A stretch of DNA of 45,807 bases from Chiloscyllium plagiosum (GCF_004010195.1 NC_057719.1:43454732-43500538), one strand, 5' to 3'; positions 13,142 through 26,626 are shown, counted from the first letter of the stretch. Notes: generated by a model not told the origin, from the sequence alone. Translations and numbers: made by a program.

Positions 13142-14454
13142 CTGAAAGGAAATTTGAGACCAGCATAGTGTCATACGCATATTTTAAGAAAACAAGTTAA
13201 AAATACGACCAAAATGATTAAATATACATCCAAAGAATTAAGTTTTTTTTAAAAAAATTGCAACAAATTAATTTTTAAAAAACAGAATATTGGGACTGAT
13301 GTGTTTAGAAACTATTCAGGCTTTATAGAAAAAAGACAGAAAGGGAGCAAATGATATACAAAGTCATTACTCTAGAAACTATAGTACAGAATGCTGGACA
13401 TTAGTTGCAAAGGCAATGCAGTCAATGTTAATCTCAAGTACGTATGGATAGATTTCTACATATTTAAAAACATTAAGGGATAAAGAAAGTGTAACAAAAT
13501 GGTGTTGAGTTCAATCAGCCCATGATCTCAGCGAAGGGTTCAAAGGGATGAGTTACCAATGACGTCTTCCAATTCATATGTTAATACTCAGGTTTGGACT
13601 CATAACTAATATGCTATGTCTGCTAACATACTAGAACTATGACAAGCTTAACATTTCAAGTTAACCAACAAATATAATGTGTATAGAGAAAGCATTGAGA
13701 AAATTTCAGTGATGATATTTTTAAAGAAGGCTAAGACAGAAATAGATTTAATGGTTAGTTAACAAATGAGAAGGATGAGGATGGCAAATAGTGAGAATGG
13801 GCATGGGAAACGCTGCATGGCAGAAGTAGTTCTGGCTTATGAGATGAAATAAAAGTATCTCTGTAGCATATTTATAAAAGATAGAAGTATGCCTTGATCT
13901 TAACGCAATAAACATAAAACAAGCAGCAGCAATGTACTTGACTCTGAAGAGGTAGACAAAAAAGTTAATAGGAGCAATGATCAAAGGAACGTTAGTAATA
14001 TCAAGACAGACAATAAAGGGTGGAGGTTAGAGGTGAGAAAATAAGTCACCTATCAGCCAGCAAACTGTTCCAAGCATCCTGCCAGAAAAGTATGAGGCTC
14101 CGCAAGAATGCTTCCTCCCAGTAGCTGTTATTATTATCCAGTGAGCAACTATGCCATAAAGATCACAATATACCATGAAAGGCCATTGGAAACAAGACTA
14201 GCAAATGGGTGTTCAGCTGTTTGACCATATAGATGGTAAATATAGCCATGGAATGATTGGATCGAGTGGTAACAAATAAAGCAAAATATCTTTATTCTTT
14301 GATCAGCTATGTATTTAAGGCAGCTAAATAAACGGTTCCTAAGCCACACAAGAAAGATGGGAAAACTACAGTTATTCCCAATGAAAACAATATCAAAATA
14401 CCTTACCGTGCTCATCAGTAACCTTCATGAACCTTTGCCTTACTATTTGTACAT

Positions 14455-14770
14455 GCATAGATTTAAGTTGTTAGAATTGTTCTCCTTGGAGAGAAGAAGG
14501 TGAAGAGAATACGACAAAGGATGTTATCACATATACAAGAGTGAGAGGACACAGATTTCAAGTGATTTGCAAAAGAACCAAGGATGATATGAGAAAAAAA
14601 AAATCACTCTGGGTAGAACAGAACACACAGCCTGAGGCATTTAAGACGTTATTAAGGTAAAAAATGTGTCAGGAAACAGGGGAAAAAGCAGATTGGCATG
14701 AGGTAATAATGCACATTTGAAGAGCTGGTACAGGCATGATGGATTAAATGGCCTGTTTCAGCTTTGTAAG
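14455..14770 (+). mobile_element. Degraded CR1 3' fragment
   Basis: LFSLERRR motif and a CR1-type 3' UTR (ggattaaatggcctgtttc). Confidence 0.6.
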
Positions 14771-15240
14771 ACTTGTACAACTCTGACATATTTTTCACTT
14801 TATAAGACATTGCTTAGAACTCAAAACAAATGCTGCTTGAATAATTGGATATAAAGACTCAAAGATCTCTAAACTAAAGAGTTCTAATGATTTTTCCAGG
14901 CACATTACTTTCTCTTGAAAGCAATCTGTTCCTTTTACTTTCTTTCTAATCTCACTTTTGGAAAATTTTCAACTCCTACTGTAGTGAATGTTATTGCTGC
15001 CAACAGTCTAGTTAAGGATATAATCTCTGCAGACCATTGAGGCTACTCTGTGCAGCAGTTCCACAGAATGGATGTGCATATTAAAAAATCGATTGTCTAA
15101 AGCAATAAATGAGCTTTTTAAAAAGTATACTCTGGCCAAATGCAATAAAAAAAAAAGCTTTTTCAGGAGCTATATCAATTAAAAAGATCCCATAATTGAA
15201 TGGTTAAAGATTACTTTTAAGCATAATATCTATACCACTT

Positions 15241-16058
15241 ATAGAGTCATAGAGATGTACAGAATGGAAACAGACCCTTCAGTCCAACCTGTCCATGCCA
15301 ACCAGATATCCCAACCCAATCTAGTCCCACCTGCCAGCACCCGGCCCATATCCCTCCAAACCCTTCCACATTCTCTGGCAGCTCATTCCATACACGTACC
15401 ACCCTCTGCGTGAAAAAGTTGCCCCGTACGTCTCTTTTATATCTTTCCCCTCTCACGCTAAATCCATGTCCTCTAGTTCTGGACTACCCGACCCCAGGGA
15501 AAAGACTTTGTCTATACTCCCCATGACCCTCATAATTTTGTAAACCTCTATAAGGTCACCCCTCAGCCTCTGACACTCCAGGGAAAACAGACCCAGCCTG
15601 TTCTGCCTCTCCCTATAGCTCAAATCCTCCAACCCTGGCAACATCCTTGTAAATCTTTTCTGAACCCTTTCACAACATCTTTCCAAGAGGAAGGAGACCA
15701 GAATTGCACGCAATATTCCAACAGTGGCCTAACCAATGTCCTGTACAGCTGCAACATGACCCCCTAACTCCTGTACTCAATACTCTGACCAATAAAGGAA
15801 AGCATACCAAATGCCTTCTTCACTATCCTATCTACCTGCGACTCCACTTTCAAGGAGCTATGAACCAACACTCCAAGGTCTCCTTGTTCAGCAGCACTCC
15901 CTCGGACCTTACCATTAAGTGTATAAGTCCTGCTAAGATTTGCTTTCCCAAAATGCAGCACCTCGCATTTATCTGAATTAAACTCCATCTGCCACTTCTC
16001 AGCCCACTGGCCCATCTGGTCCAGATCATGTTGTAATCTGAGGTAACCCTCTTCGCTC
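15241..16058 (-). mobile_element. CR1 3' fragment
   Basis: WAEKWQMEFNSDKCEVLHFG and ERVQKRFTRMLPGL; ctatgactctat tail at 15241. Confidence 0.93.
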
Positions 16059-16093
16059 TTTACTTATGGCTCCTAGCCTAATGCAGCTTTCAG

Positions 16094-16203
16094 TTTTTTT
16101 CACGCAGAGGATGGGATGAGTTGCCAGAGGAAGTGGTGGAGGCTAGTACAATTGCAACATTTAAGAGGCATCTGGATGTTGTACATCTCGATGACTCTAT
16201 GAC
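16094..16203 (+). mobile_element. Short, internally deleted CR1 3' fragment
   Basis: ttcacgcagagg..gagttgccagaggaagtggtggagg..tgtacatctcgatgactctatgac. Confidence 0.75.
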
Positions 16204-16232
16204 ATTAAAAATCTTCAGTTTATAAAACTAGA

Positions 16233-16360
16233 TACAGAGGAACCTCAACTATCCAAATGACATAGGTGGGGAGTAGTTTGTTCGGATAATCGAATGCCAG
16301 ATAACAGTTTAGCCAAGCATTGGGACCTTGCGATCTTGTCAGATAATCCAAAATTCGGAA
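16233..16360 (+). mobile_element. Probable Tc1/pogo(Tigger)-type DNA transposon end
   Basis: Begins TA-CAGAGGAACCTC..TATCC with internal ggataatc repeats; no second terminal repeat seen. Confidence 0.45.
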
Positions 16361-16524
16361 ATTTTAGCATATTTAAAAATAACAAAACTTTTTAAAATAC
16401 ACCAGTATATTAATCACTGAACAATCTTTATTAATCATATTGAAAATGCAAAGTTATTGACTCTTTAAAATGTCATGAAAAAAAGCCACAACATTCAGAA
16501 TTCATAAAGCAAATTAATGCTCAC

Positions 16525-16689
16525 CTTATCTGCACACATTGACACTTTAATGTCTTGTTGTGAAATTTCATAGTGTCGAATATTGCCCACATAGTTTCCA
16601 GCTAGTTTCAAAATGTCAGCTGAAATGTATTCCAGCACAGCCACGATGTAGAGAGAAACATGATAATCTGCTTTATAACCTAGCACATC
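16525..16689 (-). CDS. SOS2: SOS2 coding exon 4, 165 nt
   Basis: [55 protein letters not shown] (H2A-like fold with SOS2-type DYHVSLY and [11 protein letters not shown]); acceptor tatag| and donor |gtgagc. Confidence 0.97.
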
Positions 16690-17304
16690 CTATAAATGAA
16701 GAAAATGTACATAAAGCAAAAACTTAATAGCTCGAAGTTGATTAAAAATATGAGTGTGATTAAAACTCAAGACAATAAGCAAGTGAGTAACAAAAGACAC
16801 TGGGCAGTATCGTCCCAGTTATTGAACAAAGTGAAAATTGGCAAGAAAGTTGGGAGAATCACAAGGTCAACAGTAAGGAGTTTCCTGTCATTATGTGCAA
16901 AATGTATCATTTTCCAATCAAGTGTTGAACGGTAAGTCAAGATTTTCACTAATGAGTAGTAAAAAGCCTATTAGCCTGTATTAACATCCTCATATCACAT
17001 TTTGTCTCACTGACTTGCAGTTTCCCATTCTCCTACCCACCAAAGATTCTAAGCATTGATAAGTTCCAACATGAAAATCAAAAGCAGAGACTTGGTAACT
17101 CCAGCTCCCTGTTTGCTCCACCAACCCTTCATCAGTCACCAAGATTTAGAACTAACTCCAAGGCAATGACTGCACACAGCCCCTGTCCAACAGGAGTTCC
17201 AGGTCCCCACAGATAAAGCAGATGATCAATTGCTCACTGTTTAATATGTCCAAGGGAAAGAAAACAAAATCTGCTGGGCAATTGTGGATTGCCAGAGCTT
17301 GACC

Positions 17305-18467
17305 TGGTGCATGGCTCAGCTTTAAAGATGGTATCGGGTGGCACCAGAGCGGCTTGTGAAATTTAAGACAGGTGTGCCCCACCGTGGCCCAAATGTAAAA
17401 CAGATGTTAGCACTCTTACTCATTGCTTGTGGTCATGCTACAACCTTCGTCGGTATTGGGGTGCCATAGCGAGTTTTTTGGGAGGGGTCTTGGGAATTGA
17501 GGTTAAGTTAGATCCAGTGTCCCTCCTCTTAGGTTTGCCAAATCTCCCCTCTGCATGGGAAGAGACTGTTTAATATTCTTGTATCCTGTGCAAGGAAGAA
17601 CATTCTAATGAGCTGAGTGCCAGAGAAACCCCAGGGACTCTGGGGCCAGCGTAGCTTAGTTATGGAGCACATCCCCCTGGATATCCATATGTGTATGATG
17701 CACCAGAAAACTGAACTATTTTAGATTAGATTACTTACAGTATGGAAACAGGCCCTTCGGCTCAACACATCCCCACTGACCCTCCAAAGAGCAACCCACC
17801 CAGACCCATTCCCCTACATTTACCCCTTCACCTAACACTACGGGCAATTTAGCATGGCCAATTCACCTAACTTGCACTTTTTGGACTATGGGAGGAAACC
17901 GGAGCACCCGGAGGAAACCCACGTAGACATGGGGAGAACGTGCAAACTCCACACAGGCACTTGCCTGAGGCGGGAATTGAACCCGGGTCTCTGGCGCTGT
18001 GAGGCAGCAGTGCTAACCACTGTGTCACCGTGCCGTCCCTTTCAGAATTACATAGATGCAGACCTGTCGGCTATATTGGTCAGGGGCTTTGTGTAGTCAT
18101 GAGGGCTATGTCTGGAGGTCCATGAGCCCCGGGGGAGGCGCAGGTTGCTGGTGGATTCATGAAAAACAACGGGTTTGCTTAATAATGCTCCTGGTGGTGG
18201 GGAGCTTTGGTGGGATTGCATTGAGTGCAGTAACTGAATATCACTTAATTTACCCTGGTTTAACTTGGTTTAATTTGTTTTTTTTTAGTTTTTTATTGAA
18301 CTGTAGTCTTTGTAGTTTTTTTTCTCTCTCTTCTCAGTGGATTGTGGAGTAGAGTATTAGTTTATTTTTTGTTATTGTCATTATAAGGTTGTTATACTAT
18401 TTTGTAGTGATTTTGTAATTTTGTAAAAAAATTAAATTTGATTTTCTCAATAAAAATATCAAAAAAA
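17305..18467 (+). mobile_element. L1-clade LINE 3' end, interrupted by an HE1 SINE
   Basis: Translates WPKCKTDVSTLTHCLWSCYNLRRYW..LDPVSLLLGLP (ORF2 CCHC knuckle region); T-rich 3' UTR; aataaa plus A-rich tail at about 18449-18467. Confidence 0.8.
17721..18039 (-). mobile_element. HE1-type V-SINE
   Basis: tRNA head with B box gggttcaattccc; V domain ggagtttgcacgttctcccc..gtgggtttcctccgggtgctccggtttcctccca; CR1-like tail ending (aatct)n. Confidence 0.9.
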
Positions 18468-18832
18468 TGATATCAGGGCCAAGAATAGCACAAAGTCCTG
18501 GCAGTGGTTAGTACCTTCCGCATGTAGTGAGTAGGAGAATACAATGAGCTGGATCTCATAAGGACACAGTGAATAGAACAGGAGAGCATTTTAGGGACAA
18601 AATGAGAGAAAATTCACTAGGGATCACCGAGAGAAACTGACTAAAACTGACACTTAGCCGATTTCTAGTAATTTTCAGCCTAGACCCACAATTATTTATC
18701 AATTTACTTACATAAATTCCTTGAACTAATGAATCTTTTATGCTCTTTCCCCTAAACGCTTTAATTTTGCTCTGTCAACTATTTACCAACCTAAAATTTA
18801 AAAAATGACAGATTCTGTTTCTGTTTCCAATA

Positions 18833-19182
18833 TGATGGTTCAGTGGTTAGCACTGTTGCTTCACAGCACCAGTGACCGAGGTTCGATTCCACCGTTAGGC
18901 AACTGTCTATGTGGAGTTTGCACATCCTCCCTGTGTCTGCGTGGGTTTCCTCCGGGTGTTCCAGTTTCCTCCTACAGTTCAAAGTAGTGCAGATTAGGTG
19001 GATTGGCCATGCTAAATTGCCCATAGTGTCCAGGGATGTGCAGGCTAGGTGGATTAGCTATGGGAAATGCAGGATTAAGGGGATTGGGTGTGGGGCTAGG
19101 TCTGGGTTGGATGGTCTTTCAAGGGTCAGTGCAGACTCAATGAGCTGAATGGTCTGCTTCCACACTATAGGGATTCTATGAT
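18833..19182 (+). mobile_element. HE1-type V-SINE
   Basis: tggttcagtgg A box, ggttcgattcc B box, V domain, gattctatg tail. Confidence 0.9.
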
Positions 19183-19849
19183 ATATTTCTGAGACAGTCA
19201 ATCACAAGTATAGCTCCCTGCCTGAACAATGTTTTTCTAACTTCGCCATTTACCACTTTGATGATCTAAAGCTATGCTCTCTAATTACCAATTGATTAGC
19301 TATTAGAGATAACTTGATTGTCAACCTATGAATCAATAATTGAACACAGTTGGAATTTAAACAAATGCAGTCAGAGGCAGTTAGCAGAGCCTTATACAAT
19401 TATATTCAGCCTTAAACTTTTCATCACTGAGGTAACTTCAATCTTTGCTTTCCTTCATAATTACAGGCCTTCCTTCCAAGCGTAATTCTAATAAACTTTT
19501 TGTCAATTCTAAAGCCCTTCATATCATGGCTACACATACATATAGTTATTGCTTTAATTGTGACTTTATCATAAATGCCTCAAATAAATAAATTAGCATT
19601 CCATGTTCCAAAGTGTACACACCTTGAAAAAAAGTCATTTTAGAATGGTTAAACTACAGCTGTCATTGCCTATTTTTAGTGCAAGCAAAGAATTGAGAGA
19701 TTTCTGTGATGCTTAACTCTACACTTTTAAACTGAAAGCAAATCTTCCTCTACAATATCCCCATAAAACACTTCCAAGGCAGGGACAGCATGAGGTTAGA
19801 TACAGAGTAAAGATCTGTAGTGATTTTTCTTAAAAGCAGTACTGGGACA

Positions 19850-21020
19850 TCACAAGATCTTAAGTCACTGGAGCAATGCTTCACCATTCAATTACATCTG
19901 GCTGATCTGATGATCCTCAATTCCATCCTCCTGCTGATTTCCATAACTTTGGCTGATTAAAGGTCAGTCTGTTTATCTCAGTCTTGAATATACTTAACCA
20001 CGAAGCCTCAATATCCTGCTGTGGAAAACAATTCCCATAGATTCACCACCCTCAGAGATGGAATTCCTCTTCATGTCTACCTTAAATGAGTAACCCCTTC
20101 TCTAAGCTTATGTTCTCTGGTTCTAGATTCTCTCACAAGGGAAACAACCTCTCAGCGCCTACTCAATCAAGTCCCTTAAGAATCTTCGATGCTTCAAAAA
20201 GGTCCCTTCTCATTATTCTAAATTCCAATAAGTCCAGGCATAATCTATACAATGTGCTTTCATAGGACAATCCCTTCATCCTGATGGATCAGCCTTGTGG
20301 AACCTTCTCTGACTTATCTACAGTGCATGCATATCTTTCCTGAGATAAGAGAAACAAAACTGGTCACAATATTTAGATGTGGTCCAACTGGTGCCTTATA
20401 TAATTCTAGGAAGACCTCCCTGATTTTACACACTATTCCTTTTGAAATGATTGCCATCCATTTGTCTTCTCTTTGGTCGGCACAGTGGCTAGCATTGCTG
20501 CCTCTCAGCGCCAGGGACCCGGGTTCGATTCCAGCCTCGGGCAACAGTCTGGGTGGAGTTTGCACATTCTCCCCGTGTCTGCGTGGGTTTCCTCCGGGTG
20601 CTCTGGTTTCCTCCCACAGTCCAAAGATTTGCAGGTCAGATGAATTGGCCATGCTAAACTGCCCATTGTGAAAGGTGCATTAGTAGGGGAATGGGTCAGG
20701 GTGGGTTACTCTTCGGAGGGTCAGTGTGGACTTGTTGGGCCGAAAGGGCCTGTTTCCGCACTGTAGGGAATCTAATCTAATCTATTACATGTTGAACTTG
20801 TTTTCTAGCTTTTCATGATTTATGCATAGGGACTCTCAAATCTCTCCATGCTGCAGCCTTCTGCAATCCTTCTCTATTTAAATAATGTTCAGCTCTTCTA
20901 ATCTTAAACCAATGCACATTTTTTTCATATTTTTACCACATTATATTCCATCTGCCATGGTTTTCCCCCCACTCACCTGGCTATATCCCTCTGCAGACAC
21001 TTTTTGTCATCCTCTCCACA
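19850..21020 (-). mobile_element. Degraded CR1 3' part, interrupted by an HE1 SINE
   Basis: Minus ORF has REVFLELYKAPVGPHL; CR1 3' features run toward 19850. Confidence 0.7.
20475..20784 (+). mobile_element. HE1-type V-SINE
   Basis: ggcacagtgg A box, gggttcgattcc B box, V domain, (aatct)3 tail. Confidence 0.92.
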
Positions 21021-21187
21021 CACTTTTTGTCATCCTCTCCACACACATACACACAAAACTTTTGCCCTTTTGTCACATTCAAATCCATCTATTTATCTTC
21101 CAAGGAGCAAAACAATGGTGGATTATGGAATTTAATTCATGCTTAGCAAGATTAAAGTAATTTCCACTTGATCAAACATTGCATGGC

Positions 21188-21467
21188 TCTGGATTAGAGT
21201 GGTGCTGGAAAAGCACATCAGTTCAGGAAGCATCCGAGGAGCAGGAAAATTGACGTTTCAGGCAAAAGATAGGTCAGGGAGGGGGGTGGGGGAAGGTAGC
21301 AAAGAGTACAATGGGTGAATGGGCCTGTATTCCTGATGAAGGGCTTTTGCCCGAAACGTCGATTTTCCTGCTCCTCGGATGCTGCCTGAACTACTGTGCT
21401 TTTCCAGAACCACTCTAATCCAGAATCTGGTTTCCAGCATCTGCAGTCATTGTTTTTACCCCTTTTA
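21188..21467 (+). mobile_element. Fold-back PLE mini-insertion A (family 1) with 14-bp TSD
   Basis: Inverted arms about 21188-21268 and 21344-21424, then a tail; TSD aaacattgcatggc at 21174-21187 and 21468-21481. Confidence 0.88.
21329..21364 (+). ncRNA. Minimal type I hammerhead ribozyme motif (PLE type), core intact
   Basis: attc-CTGATGA-a-GGGC tttt GCCC-GAAAC-GTC-gatt; helix I has one U.U mismatch. Confidence 0.7.
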
Positions 21468-21580
21468 AAACATTGCATGGCCCCAAAAATATTCCTAAAT
21501 ATAATAATTTGCAAACCAAAGTGAGGGTTTAAGTAAGGTTTTACAGTACAACTCCTTCTCAATTGCATAAGCATAGATTA

Positions 21581-21727
<147 letters not shown>

Positions 21728-23044
21728 CTAAGAGCAAAATGAAAATAAATGTACAATCTTGAACACATGAAAAGTGTCCATTCAAATAGTAATCACAGAA
21801 CAAGCTTTCCTGCAAACAATTACATTATGTTTAAAAATTTTCAGTATGCACTCCTGCAGAAAATTGCAATATTCCTAAATGAAAAACTGGCAAAATATCC
21901 ATACTTTACATATCAATATAGCATTACTAAATAAGTGATAGGTACAAATAAATCATCACATTAAGCTTTAAATAGAACATTTATATTTTATAGAAGTCCA
22001 TCAGCTGAAGTAACCCATGAAATTCCAGTTAATTGTGCCTCAGTTACTTGCCAGAATTTTGGTAGAATAGTGACCTACTTGCGATGCCTCATTGTTACTC
22101 AGTTTATCTCATTGGTTGCCACTCGCCGATATTAATAATTCTTCTTTCAAGAGAAACTAAATGTCTGTGCATTCTATTTGTCTGTATTCCTTTGCTTAAG
22201 ACATGGCACTGCAAAATTTCTTGAACTGATATTTCCATGCATTATGGTCATAAATATAGGTGACAACTAAGATTAATTAATGCTGTCTATTAATACTTTT
22301 ATAAAATCGTTAATTAGTGAACATACTTCCATCATGTCTAAACTGGACTTTGAACACATTCCTGATTCTGAACTAAATAATAAATCACTTTGCTAGAGGG
22401 GCTCTCAACATTTCTGCTTCTGAAGCCCCATTCTGGAGTTGTGGGGTCATATTTCATCCTCAATTCAGAAACCATGAATTGGCCTATTTCCCAACACTAA
22501 AAGTCAGCCAATTTTATTTTTTAGGTATTAAAAGCAGGCTGGAATTAATCCTGACACCTCTTGAGGCAAGCCTGAGGTACATAATAGAAGCAGGCAGATG
22601 ATAAGGCTATCAGGTTAGAAGGACCAGCTCTACTTCCTGGGACATTGAACCAGTTGTGTATGTGGTTCAGAAACTCTCAAGCTTTCAGCCTTCATTGTCC
22701 CCTTGCTCGTGCCATATCCCTTTCATATTCAAACCCCACTTCATATGACCACTGCACTTCCAAACTAGGCCCCATGTCTCTTCCAAACTACTTACATTAC
22801 TCCCACGCCTATTCCATATGTCTTCAGCCTCAGAATGGTACACTGGGTTAAACTCTGTTCTGTTAACAGTTAAAAACTAGCTAATTTTGTGGTCTCATTT
22901 TTATAAAAGACAGGACACTATTGGTAGTGACTACTGCCATTTTCTGTAGACCCTACTGCCATTTTTGGTAGTCCCTAGTCATAGAACGAGCTTTTTAAAA
23001 ATGCCATTCTTATAAAATGCTGACTTGGAAGACCTTTGAAATTT

Positions 23045-23330
23045 TCTTTTGAATTCATTCACAGGATGAGGATATCACTGGCTAGGCCAGCATTTATTGC
23101 CTGTCCCTAATCCAGTTTAAACTTAAGCACATTGCTATGGGTCTGAAGTCACATGTAGGCTTGACCGGTAAGGATGGCAGTTTTTCTCCATAAAAGACAT
23201 TAGTGAACCAGATGGGTTTTTCCAACAATCAGCAATGGATTCATGATCATCATTAGACTCTTAATTCCAGATTTTTATTGAATTCAACTTCCACCATCTG
23301 TTGTGACAGGATTTGAAACCAGGTCTCGAC
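23045..23330 (-). mobile_element. tRNA-derived SINE sharing its 3' end with the LINE at 9895-10800
   Basis: Minus strand has a B-box-like ggtttcaaatcc and ends attagggacaggcaataaatgctggcctagccagtg..gaatgaa; related copy at 28400-28835. Confidence 0.7.
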
Positions 23331-23395
23331 CTTTATGGAAACTAAATGTATTCATAATGTATAATGATTTGATTTCTAATCCTATTTAGAGAATC

Positions 23396-23746
23396 CTAGC
23401 CATCAAGGTAATGCTTCCCATATTGAAGTATCACTTTGCAGGAGCTGTAAGCACAGTAGGCTGAACATAATGTGATTACTAGTACCGAGGTTATTTGCAA
23501 CTCAGGAGTGTCTGCATCTGGAATTACTGCCTCACCTCCCACCTCCTTGACCTTATCATCATGATTCTTCGTCAAGTCGTCAATATACCAGAAGCCTACA
23601 TCATTTACCTCACTGAAATTAGCTAGATCATGCATTGAATCAAAGATCCCAATCATTGAAATATTCCTTTCTTCAGAAAGTGGCATATTTACCATGCAAC
23701 CCTTCAGGAAGCTACCTTTATGTCCTTTGTTTTGCTGTGGCCTCAA
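23396..23746 (-). mobile_element. Possible pogo/Tigger transposase C-terminal remnant
   Basis: Acidic 116-codon stop-free frame (FWYIDDLTKNHDD..PDADTPE) reminiscent of TIGD-type C-termini; weak. Confidence 0.25.
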
Positions 23747-23874
23747 AGCTGGAAGTAAGAGCGTCTGCTCTCCTACCCAATCGAGATCTAAATTGATCCT
23801 TTTGAAGTTACAATATTGAGATTTTAAGCAAGTGAAGTCTCAACTTACTTTCTTCTTTTAATTAGTCCTCAGTA

Positions 23875-25281
23875 TCCCAGGACATTGTGGGAAGTTAGGG
23901 AAAAAATTGTGGGAATATTTAAATCATCTATAACCACAAGTGAGGTGCCGGAGGACTGGATGGTGGCTAATGTATTGCCTTTATTTAAGAAAGTTTGTAA
24001 GGAGTAGCCTGGGAACTTTAGACCTGTGAGCCTGATCTCGCTGGTGGGTATATCGTTGAAGGTGATTCTGAAAGATAGGACTTACATGCATTTAGAGAGA
24101 AAAGGACTGATTTGGAATAGTCAGCATGGTTTTGTACGAGGGAAATGTGTTTCACCAACTTGCTTGAGTTTTGTGATGAAGTAACCAGAACAATTGATGA
24201 GGGCAGAGCGGTAGACATTGTTTACATGGACTTTAGTAAAGTCGTCTGCATGGTAGACTAATTAGTAAAGTTAAATCACATGGGATTCAGGCTAACCTTG
24301 CTAACTGGTTACAAAATTGGCTTGATGGTAGGAGACAGAGGGTAGGAGTAGGGGTATTGTTGTTTGGACTGGAGGCCCGTGACCAGCAATGGCACACAAG
24401 AATCAGTGCTGGGTTCATTTTTGTTTGTTATTATATAAATAATATGAATGAGAGTATAGGAGACATGGTTAATAAGTGCGGAGATGACACTAAAATATAG
24501 TTGACAGCGAAGAAGGTTATCTAAAATTACAAAGGGATCTTATCAATTGGGTCAATGGGCTGAGAAGTGGCAGATGAAGTTTAAATTAGATAAACACGAG
24601 CATTACAGTTTTGTAAAACAAGGACAGAACTTATACAATTAATGGTAGGGTCATGGGTACTGTTGTAGAACAGAGACACCTAGGGGTTCAAGTATGTAAT
24701 TCTTTGAAATTTGCTTCTGAGGTAGACAGGGTTTTCATTGCTCAGACCCTTGATATTGGAGTTGGGAGGTCATGTTGAAGTTGTGCTGGTGAGGCTTCTC
24801 CTGGTGTACTGTGAGCAGTGCTGGTTGCCCTGCTCTCGGAAGAATATTACTAATCTAGAGATGTTGTCAGGACAGGAGGGTTTGAATTATGGGGAAGAGA
24901 CTGCATAGACTGGGATTTTTTTCACTGGAGTATAGAAAGTTGAGAGGTGACTTTATTGAGGTTTATAAAATCATGAGGGACATAGATCAGGTGAAGAGCA
25001 AAGTTATTTTTCTGAAGGTGGGTGAGTTCAAAACCAGGGGCCATATTTTTATGGTGAGATGATAAAGTTTTAAAAAGGACATGGGGACAACACAGAGTGG
25101 TTTGTGTATGGAATGAACTGCCGAAGGAAGTGGTGATTGCAGGTACAGTTACATTTAAAAGATATTTGGATAAGTACAGGAATAGGAAAGGTTTGAAGGG
25201 AGATGGGCCAAATGCAGGCAAGTGTGACTAGTTGGGAACATGGTCAGTGTGAACTGGTTGGACTGAAGTATGACTCTATAA
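23875..25281 (+). mobile_element. Degraded CR1 (RT to 3' end)
   Basis: gaggactggatggtggctaatg, cagcatggttttgt, gatgacactaaa, tgggctgagaagtggcagatg; tatgactcta tail. Confidence 0.88.
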
Positions 25282-26124
25282 TTCTTCCACAAATTTTAAT
25301 CTCATCTCTTAAGAAAACTACATCAAAAATATTTCAAAAATCCCTAAAATAGTGCCAATTTTTTGCCTCCTTCAAGAGTTCATGCAGAAGAAAATGAATT
25401 ACTTAAAGAAATTACTAATTAAATAAATAATATTTTTCAAAGATGATACAAATATGAAGCTTCTAATTTTTAAAAAAATCAAACAATAAACTTTGTTTAA
25501 AGCCTACTAGGAATTTGTAGGTTTCAAAATTGAAAGAAAATGGACTTTCAGACTCTTAAATTAGATAAATTTAGTTGTATCTTACAATATTTATCACTGG
25601 AATTCTTATTACACTTCCTTTAAACTAATACCAGAATGAAATTTCCCTCAACATCTTGCAGCAATGTGAAAACTGGAGCACACACTTCAGTTTAGACTAA
25701 CACAATGCAGTCCACTGTGAATTTGGTTTGACAGAGTAAATGTACTGCTAGCCTCTAAAAGATCTGAAGAATCAGATGTAAGGATCAAATACCATATTAA
25801 TTGAATACTTCATTTCTGGAGATGAAAGTTCTGCAGATCTTGTTTCAATCAAGATCAAATGTTACAATCCACTTTAAGGAGAACAGATGATAAGCATTGT
25901 CATCCATTACCACATTACACTTGATTCAGTCTTTGTCAGTTATTAAATATTCTAATAGGAAGTCCATAATGTAATGACTAAAATAATTCAATTGGCTAAT
26001 ACAAGATGTTGCAGTGGATCACATCGAGGCAAGACTCTTTAGCAAAGACTAGGAATAATAATCAAACTGTTTTCTACTGAAATGTTAAGTTGGAATTATT
26101 TGTTCCAGCACTCTTCATAAATAA

Positions 26125-26302
26125 AAGGTAAATTCGCCATAGTCTCAAACAACCATAGGGCTACCACCAGATGACTAGTGGCGAGTTTAACCTGAGGGTC
26201 ACCACATCTCAGGCAAGGGAAAAGATTGAGAAGGCAGGACCTTCAGAGTAAACTGAGCTGATGAGAGTCACCCTGCATCACTAACCAGCTATCCAGCCAA
26301 CT
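26125..26302 (-). mobile_element. tRNA-derived SINE, same family as 7570-7788
   Basis: Shares cgccatagtc, tttaacctgagggtcaccacatctcagg and ccagccaact with that copy. Confidence 0.65.
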
Positions 26303-26626
26303 TCCAATATTCTTATCAGGTTAATAGTCTCCATTCTTGAAACACTGCAAGTGTAAAATTCACCTGAAGAGTACATTTTACATGGGAAATCACATTTGAC
26401 CAGAACTTGAAATCAATCTAGCCAGTGTACATGTTTCATTATAATAAGGGCAGTTACATTGCTTTGCACATTAATTTTATAACCTACCACAAACCAACTT
26501 GCCTTTTAATTTGACAAATTAATGAAGTTAAATCAATCATGAACATAAATTCAAAACTGTGTAGAACAGATATTATGATGCAATTCATTTCCAATATGTA
26601 AAAATACAAGACACCATAGTTCTTAC

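Noticed and set aside
16495..16686. Histone H2A gene (AVLEY..A.IL.LAGN motif)
   Set aside because: It is the H2A-like fold of SOS exon 4, with splice sites and in order with the other SOS exons.
17721..20784. tRNA genes
   Set aside because: The A/B boxes belong to SINE heads followed by a V domain and LINE-like tail; no complete cloverleaf is evident.
20998..21043. 23-bp tandem duplication (also a short one near 22932-22970)
   Set aside because: Simple local slippage duplications with no further structure.
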